Origin: a virus
Lineage: Duplodnaviria; Caudoviricetes
DNA: 35,308 nt
Strand: one strand, 5' to 3'
IMG/VR virus record: IMGVR_UViG_3300048110_000200
Span: 1 to 35,308 of that record
This document shows positions 9,233-17,243 of this stretch, one piece after another (position 1 is the first letter of the stretch; every line of letters starts with the position of its first letter). Both the position numbers and the translations under genes were made by a program. The notes beneath the pieces were generated by a model. It was not told where the DNA came from, did no database searches, and was given only the letters and a program-made list of their open reading frames with translations.

Positions 9233-10766
9233 CTATAATTTCTTTCATTATATTTTCAAAAGCTTCTAGGGTATTTGGCATGTTATCTTTTAACCATTTT
9301 TTAGCTTTTCTTGATTTATATACTGTAAATATTTCTGCGAATGCTTCATTGTATATATGTTGCTCTTGCTTCCAATATGCTTTGCTATGACCAGATACTC
9401 CAGAATTTTCATGTCTAAATTTACCTCTAGCAAGTCCGTCTATAATATCTGCTAAATTTTCTGCTTGATCATATTTTGCTGTATAAAAGTAATATGTAAT
9501 TTGTCTGCCTGTATTTTTATAAGTATGTATTCTTTTATCTTTTTTATATAATTCATCAAGGTAACGATCTATTGCCTTTTTCTTACGCATACCTTTGCCA
9601 AGACCCATATTTTTAGCGTCTAAATCTAATGCACTCATAAACTGAGTGCCACCAACGCTATACGATATATTTTGTCTATTATTTCTTTGACCAATCATGT
9701 GATCAATATGGTGTCCATATTCATGTATTGGCGTTAATTCATCCATATCGGTGTCTAGCTGTCTGTAAAATGCATAATATACACCCTCGCCTTGATTTAT
9801 ACTATCTGGTTTGGGCAATTTGTTAGCTACAGCAAGAGTAAGGGGTGTCATATTCCTGTTTATTCTATCTTCAATATCAGACTTCTTAAATTTAGAATTA
9901 GGCAACATTGTTATAAGATCAGTAAGATTAAGATTTTTAGGCGGTGGCGGTGGTGGTGTTATTTTCTCTGGCTTTGGCTGTGCATCATCAATAACAGTGT
10001 CCTCTGGTTGGACATAGAGCAATACGCACCTACAATTTACTACATTCGCCGCCCCACCACGACTATCACCTGGTCTATCCATTAACGCTGTGCCAAAGTT
10101 TGTAGGCACTTCAAAGTCTTCATCCATTGGTATTATTGTGCCATTCATCGCCGCGTGTTTGCTTCTAGTTCTATCATCTGTCACAGACACCCACTGCTTT
10201 TGAAGATTAGGTATATTCATTTCTTTTGCTAGACTGTGGTTTGCATAACTAGCCGCATTGTGGGTTTCAGTCCTAGATATAGTTGCTGAACGCGCCCTGC
10301 TGTAATTACCCCTAGTAGATTGAAATATTTGATCAGCTACATATCTTGTTCCTAGCGCCTCTTTGTCAGCCTCTAGCATAACTTTTACTAAATCTTTTCT
10401 TGTGGTATCTGATATTTTTTTAACTGCGCCTAAACCAGATACCCTCATGTAGTCTCTGATTAATAGTTCGAATTGACTATCTTGCTTTTGGTGTCGCAAC
10501 ATTCGTAAACCAAATGCTTCTATGACTGATCTATAATGTGGCTCTAATATCTTGAGTATACGGCCTTCAATCAAGTTCCCTGTTAGCTCAATAGAACTTC
10601 GTTCTAAATATTCACGTCGAGCTATGTCGCCGATCTTAGCGAATTCTGTAATTAAATTTAAAGAAAGTTTGCGCTCAAAAGATTGTCTTAATCTAAGTTG
10701 CTCTGTAATTTCACGCCTTGCGTTATATTTTACGCCGCCAAATTTTTTTAATTCTAGTGTCGCCAT
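9225..10766 (-). CDS. MuF (SPP1 gp7-like) minor head protein with C-terminal zincin-like extension
   Basis: RSATISRTETHNA, K-x-W-x-x-x-x-D-x-RTR-x-x-H and NCRC define MuF; then a TPPPPPP linker, HEYGH (9711-9725) and EAFAE (9333-9347). Confidence 0.9.
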   Translation of the reverse strand: MATLELKKFGGVKYNARREITEQLRLRQSFERKLSLNLITEFAKIGDIARREYLERSSIELTGNLIEGRILKILEPHYRSVIEAFGLRMLRHQKQDSQFELLIRDYMRVSGLGAVKKISDTTRKDLVKVMLEADKEALGTRYVADQIFQSTRGNYSRARSATISRTETHNAASYANHSLAKEMNIPNLQKQWVSVTDDRTRSKHAAMNGTIIPMDEDFEVPTNFGTALMDRPGDSRGGAANVVNCRCVLLYVQPEDTVIDDAQPKPEKITPPPPPPKNLNLTDLITMLPNSKFKKSDIEDRINRNMTPLTLAVANKLPKPDSINQGEGVYYAFYRQLDTDMDELTPIHEYGHHIDHMIGQRNNRQNISYSVGGTQFMSALDLDAKNMGLGKGMRKKKAIDRYLDELYKKDKRIHTYKNTGRQITYYFYTAKYDQAENLADIIDGLARGKFRHENSGVSGHSKAYWKQEQHIYNEAFAEIFTVYKSRKAKKWLKDNMPNTLEAFENIMKEIIDG

Positions 10767-10803
10767 AGTCCACCTCTCTGTGCAGACTATAGCATTTTGT
10801 TTT

Positions 10804-10893
10804 TTATATCACCATCAATTTATCGATGTTTAAACCAGCTAGTACCATAATTGCTATGAATACAATTGCTATAAACCATTCATCTCTGTCCAT
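10804..10893 (-). CDS. Putative 29-aa hydrophobic peptide
   Basis: Manual translation MDRDEWFIAIVFIAIMVLAGLNIDKLMVI; ATG 2 nt after the upstream stop, preceded by GAGG. Confidence 0.45.
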   Translation of the reverse strand: MDRDEWFIAIVFIAIMVLAGLNIDKLMVI

Positions 10894-10895
10894 AA

Positions 10896-11207
10896 TTAAG
10901 CCTCGTCAAAATGCGCTTGGACTTGCTCTAAAGTCTGTCCAGCAAATTTGTTTATACATTCATCAAGTTCTTCGGCGATGATTTTATCAATGTCTCTTAC
11001 AGTAAATGCTGTTGAATTAATGTGGCTTTCTTCTTTCTTAGCGCCAACAATATCAAATACGATGTAATTTTTGGCATCATGCAAATAAAGTTTTTTCCAA
11101 ATCTCAAGATCAATTCTTGTTTTGACAGGTTTACCAAAATGCCAGTTTGTTTTTTTCTGTATCTCAGCTTTAAATGCTTCGTCAAATTTTTTAGTAATTA
11201 ATGTCAT
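10896..11207 (-). CDS. Hypothetical protein
   Basis: Start moved to MTLITKK (11207) because the longer ORF start overlaps the predicted -10 box; leader AGGACAAGGGA. Confidence 0.7.
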   Translation of the reverse strand: MTLITKKFDEAFKAEIQKKTNWHFGKPVKTRIDLEIWKKLYLHDAKNYIVFDIVGAKKEESHINSTAFTVRDIDKIIAEELDECINKFAGQTLEQVQAHFDEA

Positions 11208-11239
11208 TGTTAAAATCCCTTGTCCTAATTTATATAAGT

Positions 11240-11268
11240 AATGTAGCACATATAAAAATAAGTGTCAA
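11240..11268 (-). promoter_or_regulatory. Sigma70-type leftward promoter
   Basis: Minus strand TTGACA (11263-11268), 17 nt, TACATT (11240-11245). Confidence 0.7.
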
Positions 11269-11361
11269 CCCCTAATTTTAAATTAATTAACATTAGTTTT
11301 AATTATATTAACTAAATAAATAAATAATTTATAAATGTTAAAATAATCATAATTTTAGGTA

Positions 11362-11390
11362 TTGACATTAAATGTTAAATAGATTATAAT
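11362..11390 (+). promoter_or_regulatory. Perfect consensus sigma70 promoter
   Basis: TTGACA (11362-11367), 17 nt, TATAAT (11385-11390). Confidence 0.9.
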
Positions 11391-11424
11391 GTATTTATGA
11401 GACTAATGAAAGGAGGACAAGAAC

Positions 11425-11556
11425 TTGAAAAAATCTAAACCGTTTTCACCAGACTTTATTATGAATGGTCTTTTGAATGCAAAGCCAGCTAAGGCTAAAC
11501 CAGCTAAAGCTAAGGTAGCCAAAAAGAAACCAGCTAAAAAAAAAGACAAAGCGTAG
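11425..11556 (+). CDS. 43-aa Lys/Ala/Pro-rich histone H1-like peptide
   Basis: AGGAGG at 11411-11416, TTG start 8 nt later: MKKSKPFSPDFIMNGLLNAKPAKAKPAKAKVAKKKPAKKKDKA. Not in the ORF track. Confidence 0.75.
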   Translation: MKKSKPFSPDFIMNGLLNAKPAKAKPAKAKVAKKKPAKKKDKA

Positions 11557-11593
11557 CTGAATTATTTTTTGGAGACTTAAATAAATAATCAAC

Positions 11594-11618
11594 AGCTCCA
11601 GCTATAACGGCTGGGGCT
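11594..11618 (+). repeat. Hairpin copy 1 (GCTCCAGC...GCTGGGGC)
   Basis: 8-9 bp stem with a U:G pair valid on the plus strand; stem repeated at 11941. Confidence 0.75.
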
Positions 11619-11641
11619 ACTTAAATTTGAGAGGACAAAAA

Positions 11642-11929
11642 ATGGAAACGATGAAAACAATGGATGTTTGGATAGAACTCCAAAAGCCAGATCAACATTA
11701 TACTGGCCATGATATTTGCGACAGGGCAAATAAAATGCTTAAACGCCTTGGTGTTAATGATGGGAAATTTCAATACAATGACCCTAAATATAAAAGCACT
11801 CAATATGGCGGTTGTCTTTATATATATAATAATGACTGCGGAATATCTGGGCTTGAAGACAATGGCAGATGGTTTAACCTAAATTATTTCGGGCGTGACC
11901 ACATTGAGATTGAAGGTACAATATCTTAA
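11642..11929 (+). CDS. Hypothetical protein, paralog A
   Basis: ATG after GAGAGGACAA; shares VWIEL, IC-x-RAN-x-ML-x-RLG and DNGRWFNL-x-YFGRD with the next ORF. Confidence 0.8.
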   Translation: METMKTMDVWIELQKPDQHYTGHDICDRANKMLKRLGVNDGKFQYNDPKYKSTQYGGCLYIYNNDCGISGLEDNGRWFNLNYFGRDHIEIEGTIS

Positions 11930-11940
11930 CATAATTACTT

Positions 11941-11970
11941 GCTCCAGCTAATTGTAGCTGGGGCTTTTTA
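11941..11970 (+). terminator. Hairpin copy 2, intrinsic terminator-like
   Basis: GCTCCAGCTA-ATTG-TAGCTGGGGC followed by TTTTT. Confidence 0.7.
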
Positions 11971-11987
11971 TATTGAAGGGACAAGAA

Positions 11988-12269
11988 ATGACAAAGATGA
12001 TGAAGGTTTGGATAGAATTGCCAGAACCGAATGAGGCTGGTTTCACTGGTGAAGAAATATGTAAACGTGCAAATGAAATGCTAATACGCCTTGGCTCAAC
12101 CAATGGTGAATTCAGCTATTCTAATGAAAGATTAGTTGGTAAATGGATTAAAGGCCATTATATATTTACGGCAGAATTTGGTAGAACTGAATTAAAAGAT
12201 AACGGCAGATGGTTTAACCTAGATTACTTTGGTCGTGATAATGTTGAGATTATAGGGGAAATATCATGA
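11988..12269 (+). CDS. Hypothetical protein, paralog B
   Basis: ATG after GAAGGGACAAGA; clear paralog of 11642..11929. Confidence 0.8.
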   Translation: MTKMMKVWIELPEPNEAGFTGEEICKRANEMLIRLGSTNGEFSYSNERLVGKWIKGHYIFTAEFGRTELKDNGRWFNLDYFGRDNVEIIGEIS

Positions 12270-12427
12270 CAGCAAGAAAAGTTACTAATGAATTTTTAGA
12301 AGCCGTTGAGCATGGGTGTTACGATAAGGATAATCTTATAGTGGCATTCTGCAAATACTTGAGCGAAGATGATGTTAAAGACTTCATCCGCACCAATGAA
12401 CTAATGATAAATGTAGAGGATGAATAA
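12266..12427 (+). CDS. Hypothetical 53-aa protein
   Basis: ATGA overlap with the upstream stop; MTARKVTNEFLEAVEHGCYDKDNLIVAFCKYLSEDDVKDFIRTNELMINVEDE fills the gap exactly. Not in the ORF track. Confidence 0.75.
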   Translation: MTARKVTNEFLEAVEHGCYDKDNLIVAFCKYLSEDDVKDFIRTNELMINVEDE

Positions 12428-12613
12428 ATGATAACAGCTATATGTTATGACGAGTGTGGTACTGAGGTATCTATAGAGGTAGAAAGCTTAGATGAAATAC
12501 CACCAGAGTATAAATTTAGATACTCTCAAAAATACACTGACAGAGAACTAGCTGAATGGCGACTGTGGCTAGATGATCGTGATGATTACGATTATGAAAA
12601 TGATTATTATTAA
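12428..12613 (+). CDS. Hypothetical acidic protein
   Basis: 61 aa, abuts the previous stop, GAGG RBS, D/E/Y-rich tail. Confidence 0.7.
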   Translation: MITAICYDECGTEVSIEVESLDEIPPEYKFRYSQKYTDRELAEWRLWLDDRDDYDYENDYY

Positions 12614-12624
12614 GGGGTAAAAAC

Positions 12625-12819
12625 ATGGCTCATAAAATTAAACTATTAACTGCCGTGCAATCATGCAAACTTCTTAAAATCCCGATAACAACATTTCTTA
12701 TATTAGAACGTGATCAATCCCTACCGCCATCTATTGACGTTGGGATTGGTCGCCGATGGGACAAAGCTGAACTATTAGATTGGTATGACTTCGCCAAAGA
12801 ACACCTTGCTAATCCTTAG
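12625..12819 (+). CDS. AlpA/excisionase-like winged HTH protein
   Basis: LLT-x-x-Q-x-C-x-LL-x-I-x-x-TT, LPP-x-I-x-VG-x-x-RRW-x-x-x-EL-x-x-W pattern. Confidence 0.75.
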   Translation: MAHKIKLLTAVQSCKLLKIPITTFLILERDQSLPPSIDVGIGRRWDKAELLDWYDFAKEHLANP

Positions 12820-14983
12820 AACTTAATGGATGGTCTTTAGGCAATAAATCAGTATCAAATTTTCCGCGCTTGAAGCGGCCTGTTCTTACAGCGCTCAAGA
12901 ACCCATTTACCCTAGCATAAGCCCACTGATCGGCGCTCCTGACGCTTGGGCGCACACTTTGAGGGTTTGTTTGATAAGCACCTATGCCCCTTCTAAATAC
13001 TGCCTCTAGCATTCTTTGTGTTACACGCTTTCCTTTTTTATCACCATGCTTGTCATTGTGATCTTTTACTTTTTCAGCGAGACCTTTTTTAACCGCTTCT
13101 GATATTTTGGCTTTCACATCCATAACATCTTCATTGGTAAAAAATTCTTCTAATTCAAAATTTTTATCACGCTCTCTGTCTAGCTGTGCGGCTTTTTTTC
13201 TTGCCCAAGTTTGACCAGCATCACCACCCCATAACAACCAAGCTATAAGACCAGCGCTTGGATAACCCTCTTCACCTCTGTTAAATCCTACACCCTGCTT
13301 ATCAACTTCATGTCTGCTAAAATAGCTGTGCATTCTTCTTACTGTTCTTGGGGTTAATCTTTCTCTTGATTTCAATTGGTTAGCCCTTGATACACCAACT
13401 AATGTACCACCACGATTAAATTCTTTTCTAAGTTTTAATCCGCGAGTTGCATTCGTTTGCATTGCTTCAGTTGGTATGGTATCAATATCACTTTCTGCTT
13501 TTTCTTCTGTTTCTTCAACTTCCGCCCATTTATTGCAAAGATATTGTATTCTGACTTTAGCATTGAATAAGTCGCAAACATTATTTTCATAGTGTATGCA
13601 ATTGCCACATCTTTTCTCACCATTGCCCATTCTGTAAGCTTCTGGCAGTTCATCTGGAACTGGCTCACCATCTGGATATTGATCAAGCTTTGTTTCACCA
13701 TATGCGTCTGTATAGTCTTTTTCAGCATCATCACCATTTGCTGGAGGTATAATTGGGCTACCTAATGGGAAAAGATTTGCTTCAATGAAAATATCGTCAC
13801 CACCATTAATCGGTGTTAATCCTAACCTATCTCTTGCTTCGTTTCTTGTAATAATACCAGCCCCAACAGCCGCTACTACATTCTCATAAACACGCTTTCT
13901 GCGTTCGACCATAGCTGGAATGCTGTCATAATCGTAATCAATTCTAATATCATCACCATATGATGGTGAAAGCCACTCATTAAGATCATTACAAACACGC
14001 ATTGCTAATGGTATGATTGTCTCCTCATACATAGCCAATCGTGCTTCTTGTATATTTGAATAAGTTTGGCTGTCTGGGATACCTATAATTTGCGACGGAA
14101 TACCAAAGCAAAGAGCAATGTCTTTAGCCGCCATATGCTTGTTTTGTAAAAAATCCATATCCCTTGGGGACATACCCATTTCTTTCCAATCAAAATCACC
14201 TTCAAGCAACATAGGTTTACCAGAATTATTAGTTCCACTCATTCTGCGGTCTAAATCATCTTTTATTTGCTTTCTCTGAATATCAGACATCATCATTGGA
14301 TTTCCAGATGTATCAGTAGGCTTAAATATAACCGCTCCTGATGGTCTAGCACCATTAACAAGCAATGCTATATTATGCTTTGCTATGAGATTATGTTGAT
14401 CAACATCTATTGAAGCCGCCATAAGGGGTGACATACCTAGATAATCATCCAATGGATTCCAAGTTTTAAAATGCTTTACTTCTGATTGACCTGTAAATGG
14501 GTCAGCTTCATAAGTTTTTGCAACCTTGCCATTAAGCATATAATTATACCCTTTTGGTATAGAAGTATTGCTTGGTATTATTTCAACACGATCTGGCCTT
14601 AAAAGGTGTAACTCACTTGGCAAGCCGCCAGCGGTGCTACTAATAGCGAAACTATTACCAGATAATAAAATATACGCATAAAGTGATTGAAAATATTCAT
14701 TGCCAGCCTGTATTGGGTTAGGTTTTTTTAAAAGGGTTAATAATGGGTGTTGCTCAAGCTCTACATCGCCTTGATATACTTTAAAACTTATAGAAGCGGC
14801 GGCCTGTGATATTTCATTAACGCATTTAAAAACTACTGCATTCTGCTGATAACCCTCTTTGGCATATGATCTGTAGTTATCTTGCCTGTTGTGATATGGC
14901 GTTGTTTGTTGCATATGCACTCTTGGCGCTTCTTTATGTTCTAAATTTAAATTATTTTTCTTTAAAAAATCAAAAAAGGCCAT
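12809..14983 (-). CDS. Portal protein, HK97 family, with about 310-aa C-terminal extension
   Basis: EGY-x-x-N-x-x-V, HPLL-x-LL-x-x-PNP, LRPDRV, NPLDDY-x-GMSP, NGARPSG, LLEG, TYSN, NEAR; portal core ends near residue 410 of 724. Confidence 0.95.
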   Translation of the reverse strand: MAFFDFLKKNNLNLEHKEAPRVHMQQTTPYHNRQDNYRSYAKEGYQQNAVVFKCVNEISQAAASISFKVYQGDVELEQHPLLTLLKKPNPIQAGNEYFQSLYAYILLSGNSFAISSTAGGLPSELHLLRPDRVEIIPSNTSIPKGYNYMLNGKVAKTYEADPFTGQSEVKHFKTWNPLDDYLGMSPLMAASIDVDQHNLIAKHNIALLVNGARPSGAVIFKPTDTSGNPMMMSDIQRKQIKDDLDRRMSGTNNSGKPMLLEGDFDWKEMGMSPRDMDFLQNKHMAAKDIALCFGIPSQIIGIPDSQTYSNIQEARLAMYEETIIPLAMRVCNDLNEWLSPSYGDDIRIDYDYDSIPAMVERRKRVYENVVAAVGAGIITRNEARDRLGLTPINGGDDIFIEANLFPLGSPIIPPANGDDAEKDYTDAYGETKLDQYPDGEPVPDELPEAYRMGNGEKRCGNCIHYENNVCDLFNAKVRIQYLCNKWAEVEETEEKAESDIDTIPTEAMQTNATRGLKLRKEFNRGGTLVGVSRANQLKSRERLTPRTVRRMHSYFSRHEVDKQGVGFNRGEEGYPSAGLIAWLLWGGDAGQTWARKKAAQLDRERDKNFELEEFFTNEDVMDVKAKISEAVKKGLAEKVKDHNDKHGDKKGKRVTQRMLEAVFRRGIGAYQTNPQSVRPSVRSADQWAYARVNGFLSAVRTGRFKRGKFDTDLLPKDHPLSSKD

Positions 14984-16281
14984 TAGCTAATTCTCCACAT
15001 TGGCTGTCCAGTTGACGCGCTTAGTTCTGTTAATGCCCATACTAAGGCATCCATTCTGTCTGGCGACTTTCTGGAATTTGGTGTATATGAGACCATCTGA
15101 TCTTCCAATTCTTTATGTATTCCGACATGGTGTACTCTACTCTGTTCATACAGTGCCGCAATAGGTTCTGCTCTTACAAGCTTACCACGACTTGCGTGAA
15201 CTGACGAGTAAGGAATGTTTATATCTACTGTTCTTATCACTTTTTCAACTAAATCACCACCATTATTGACTTCTGCAATCAATCTGTCGGCGTTATAAGT
15301 ATGAAAAAGGCTTACTGCCTTTCTAGCCCAACCATCAGGTGTGTTCTTATGTGAACCATCTTCGAGTACATAATAATGATTATTATTGCATCTTGCCGCT
15401 ACGATTATGCCTGTTTCATCGCTATCTTCATTATTTGTGACACTTGGGTCTATAGCTACAACAATTCGATTGAATTCTGGCAAATTTTCTAAATTAACTC
15501 TATTTTGATCAATTACGCCATAACCCCATAAAGCACCTTCTAAATCATCTAAGACTTCTCCATATAGCTCCTGTCGGCCTAGTCTAGTGCCTTCATATTT
15601 ATCTTTTAGCTGTGCAACCGCTACCTCAGACAGATTAGCCGCATTATCAAATGTGCTACCTCTTGTAATTATTGTATTGGTTCTTTTTACTAATCTTCTA
15701 GTTAGATCATTTGGTGCTGGTGTTGTTGTAATAACACATTGAGGATTTTCACCTAGACGCAAGCCAAACATAAGCTGATCAAATGCGTCTGGATACTGCC
15801 AAGCCGCTATCTCGTCACACCAAGCCCTGTGAAATTGTGGACCTCTTAATCTTTTTGGTTCACTCGCCGCAAAGCCTTGTATTATAGACCCATTATATAA
15901 CCTTATTTCTGCGGCTGAACTTGAATACCCTTGTCCTCTACCCTTTAAAAGACAATCATCTGGTAGCCAATTCATAATACCAGAGACACCACCAAATGCC
16001 ACGCGGCGCAAATCACCGAATGTAGGGGTTACAACAGCACATCTGCTTTCTGGATTATTAAGTGCATAGACCATGGTATCAAATGCACCGACCATAGTTT
16101 TTCCCCAACCACGTCCAGCTAATATAAGCCACACACCCCAATCACCCTTTGGGGTTAATTGTTGGGGTCTCGCCATGTCTAACCAATCACTGTAAAGTGT
16201 GCTGTGCGCTTGATGACTTGAGGCTGGCAAGTTCGTCCAATTGGTCGATAATTTTTCGTAAACTGTCTGGTGCTGTGACAT
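14983..16281 (-). CDS. terL: Terminase large subunit
   Basis: Walker A AGRGWGKT, LRGPQF-x-x-AWCDE, TTTP, GRQEL, nuclease VAIDP and SPDRMDALVW. Start codon uncertain. Confidence 0.96.
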   Translation of the reverse strand: MSQHQTVYEKLSTNWTNLPASSHQAHSTLYSDWLDMARPQQLTPKGDWGVWLILAGRGWGKTMVGAFDTMVYALNNPESRCAVVTPTFGDLRRVAFGGVSGIMNWLPDDCLLKGRGQGYSSSAAEIRLYNGSIIQGFAASEPKRLRGPQFHRAWCDEIAAWQYPDAFDQLMFGLRLGENPQCVITTTPAPNDLTRRLVKRTNTIITRGSTFDNAANLSEVAVAQLKDKYEGTRLGRQELYGEVLDDLEGALWGYGVIDQNRVNLENLPEFNRIVVAIDPSVTNNEDSDETGIIVAARCNNNHYYVLEDGSHKNTPDGWARKAVSLFHTYNADRLIAEVNNGGDLVEKVIRTVDINIPYSSVHASRGKLVRAEPIAALYEQSRVHHVGIHKELEDQMVSYTPNSRKSPDRMDALVWALTELSASTGQPMWRIS

Positions 16282-16807
16282 TAGCCGATACCTTGCTGAT
16301 TTCTTGAGCTTGACCTAAGGCCAATTTACCAATTTTTTGAGCATTACTTACTGTATGTGCAAGACCACTCATATCATGTGGTGTTAAAATTTTTGAAGTT
16401 AATCTAAATTTTTCTAGTGCATTGTCTTTATCTGGACCATTGCTCATTTCTGCAATTTGCAACAAAGTATTTCTACTTTGAACATCTTGATTAATCCTAC
16501 GACCAGCATCGCCTATCATAGCCAAGGCTAGTTTTATTGCATCATCGTCAAGACGAGAGCCATATTCGACCATTTTTTCTAGTCTTTCGCGCTTTATGGC
16601 TTCATCATACTCGGTTTGCACTTTGTTCTTATCAGTCTGCCAATCTTCTGACTTAGAACGCCTGTGTAATGATGCATATGCAACATCATGCCTTTTAGAA
16701 AGAGCTTGAACTGTAGGGTATTGACGCACGTTATTTTCGTCCACAAACCCATGAACAAATTCATCTCGTATCTTTATTTTTAAAGCTTCATCAATTTTGT
16801 TAGTCAT
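16187..16807 (-). CDS. Probable terminase small subunit
   Basis: N-terminal HTH-like segment (LSKRHDVAYASLHRRSKSEDW), helical, directly upstream of terL; start MTNKIDE chosen (track start 16834). Confidence 0.7.
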   Translation of the reverse strand: MTNKIDEALKIKIRDEFVHGFVDENNVRQYPTVQALSKRHDVAYASLHRRSKSEDWQTDKNKVQTEYDEAIKRERLEKMVEYGSRLDDDAIKLALAMIGDAGRRINQDVQSRNTLLQIAEMSNGPDKDNALEKFRLTSKILTPHDMSGLAHTVSNAQKIGKLALGQAQEISKVSANVTAPDSLRKIIDQLDELASLKSSSAQHTLQ

Positions 16808-16820
16808 AGTATAACCATTA

Positions 16821-17243
16821 TCATATATTTTCACTATTATCCAGTATCAACTTCTTTAAACGTGTTGTTGACCAATTGTGTTCTCTTTTATTATAATAAA
16901 TATCTATCTCTAGGTCAGAACCAGTAAAGTATTTATTTATATAATCAGAACCTATAATTCTTACATCTATGGGTAAAGATTTGAGCAATTCAATCAACTC
17001 ATCCTCTGTATGATAAATTATTACTTCATCTACATATTTTACAGCATTCAGCTGTATTTGCCTCTCCATAAGAGATTGTATCGGTTTATTTTTTTCTGGT
17101 CTATCTATGGTGGGGTCAACTTGCAATCCAACTATTAGATAGTCACAAATAGATTTAGCTTCTTGAAGCATAGTTATATGCCCTGAATGTAAAAGATCAA
17201 AACAAGAGCATGTAAAGCCTATATTATACTTTTTCTTCATCAT
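16821..17243 (-). CDS. Cytidylyltransferase, TagD/glycerol-3-phosphate CT-like
   Basis: FDLLHSGH (HxGH), CDYLIVGLQ-x-DP, KYVDEV, GSDY, R-x-H-x-x-STT. Confidence 0.92.
   Translation of the reverse strand: MMKKKYNIGFTCSCFDLLHSGHITMLQEAKSICDYLIVGLQVDPTIDRPEKNKPIQSLMERQIQLNAVKYVDEVIIYHTEDELIELLKSLPIDVRIIGSDYINKYFTGSDLEIDIYYNKREHNWSTTRLKKLILDNSENI

Noticed and set aside
11594-11970. CRISPR array or integron attC sites
   Set aside because: Only two hairpin copies about 346 bp apart, no cas or integrase gene, and no attC RYYYAAC/GTTRRRY ends recognised.
12625-12819. Evidence of an integration module
   Set aside because: An AlpA/Xis-like gene is present but no integrase or att site was recognised in the window.
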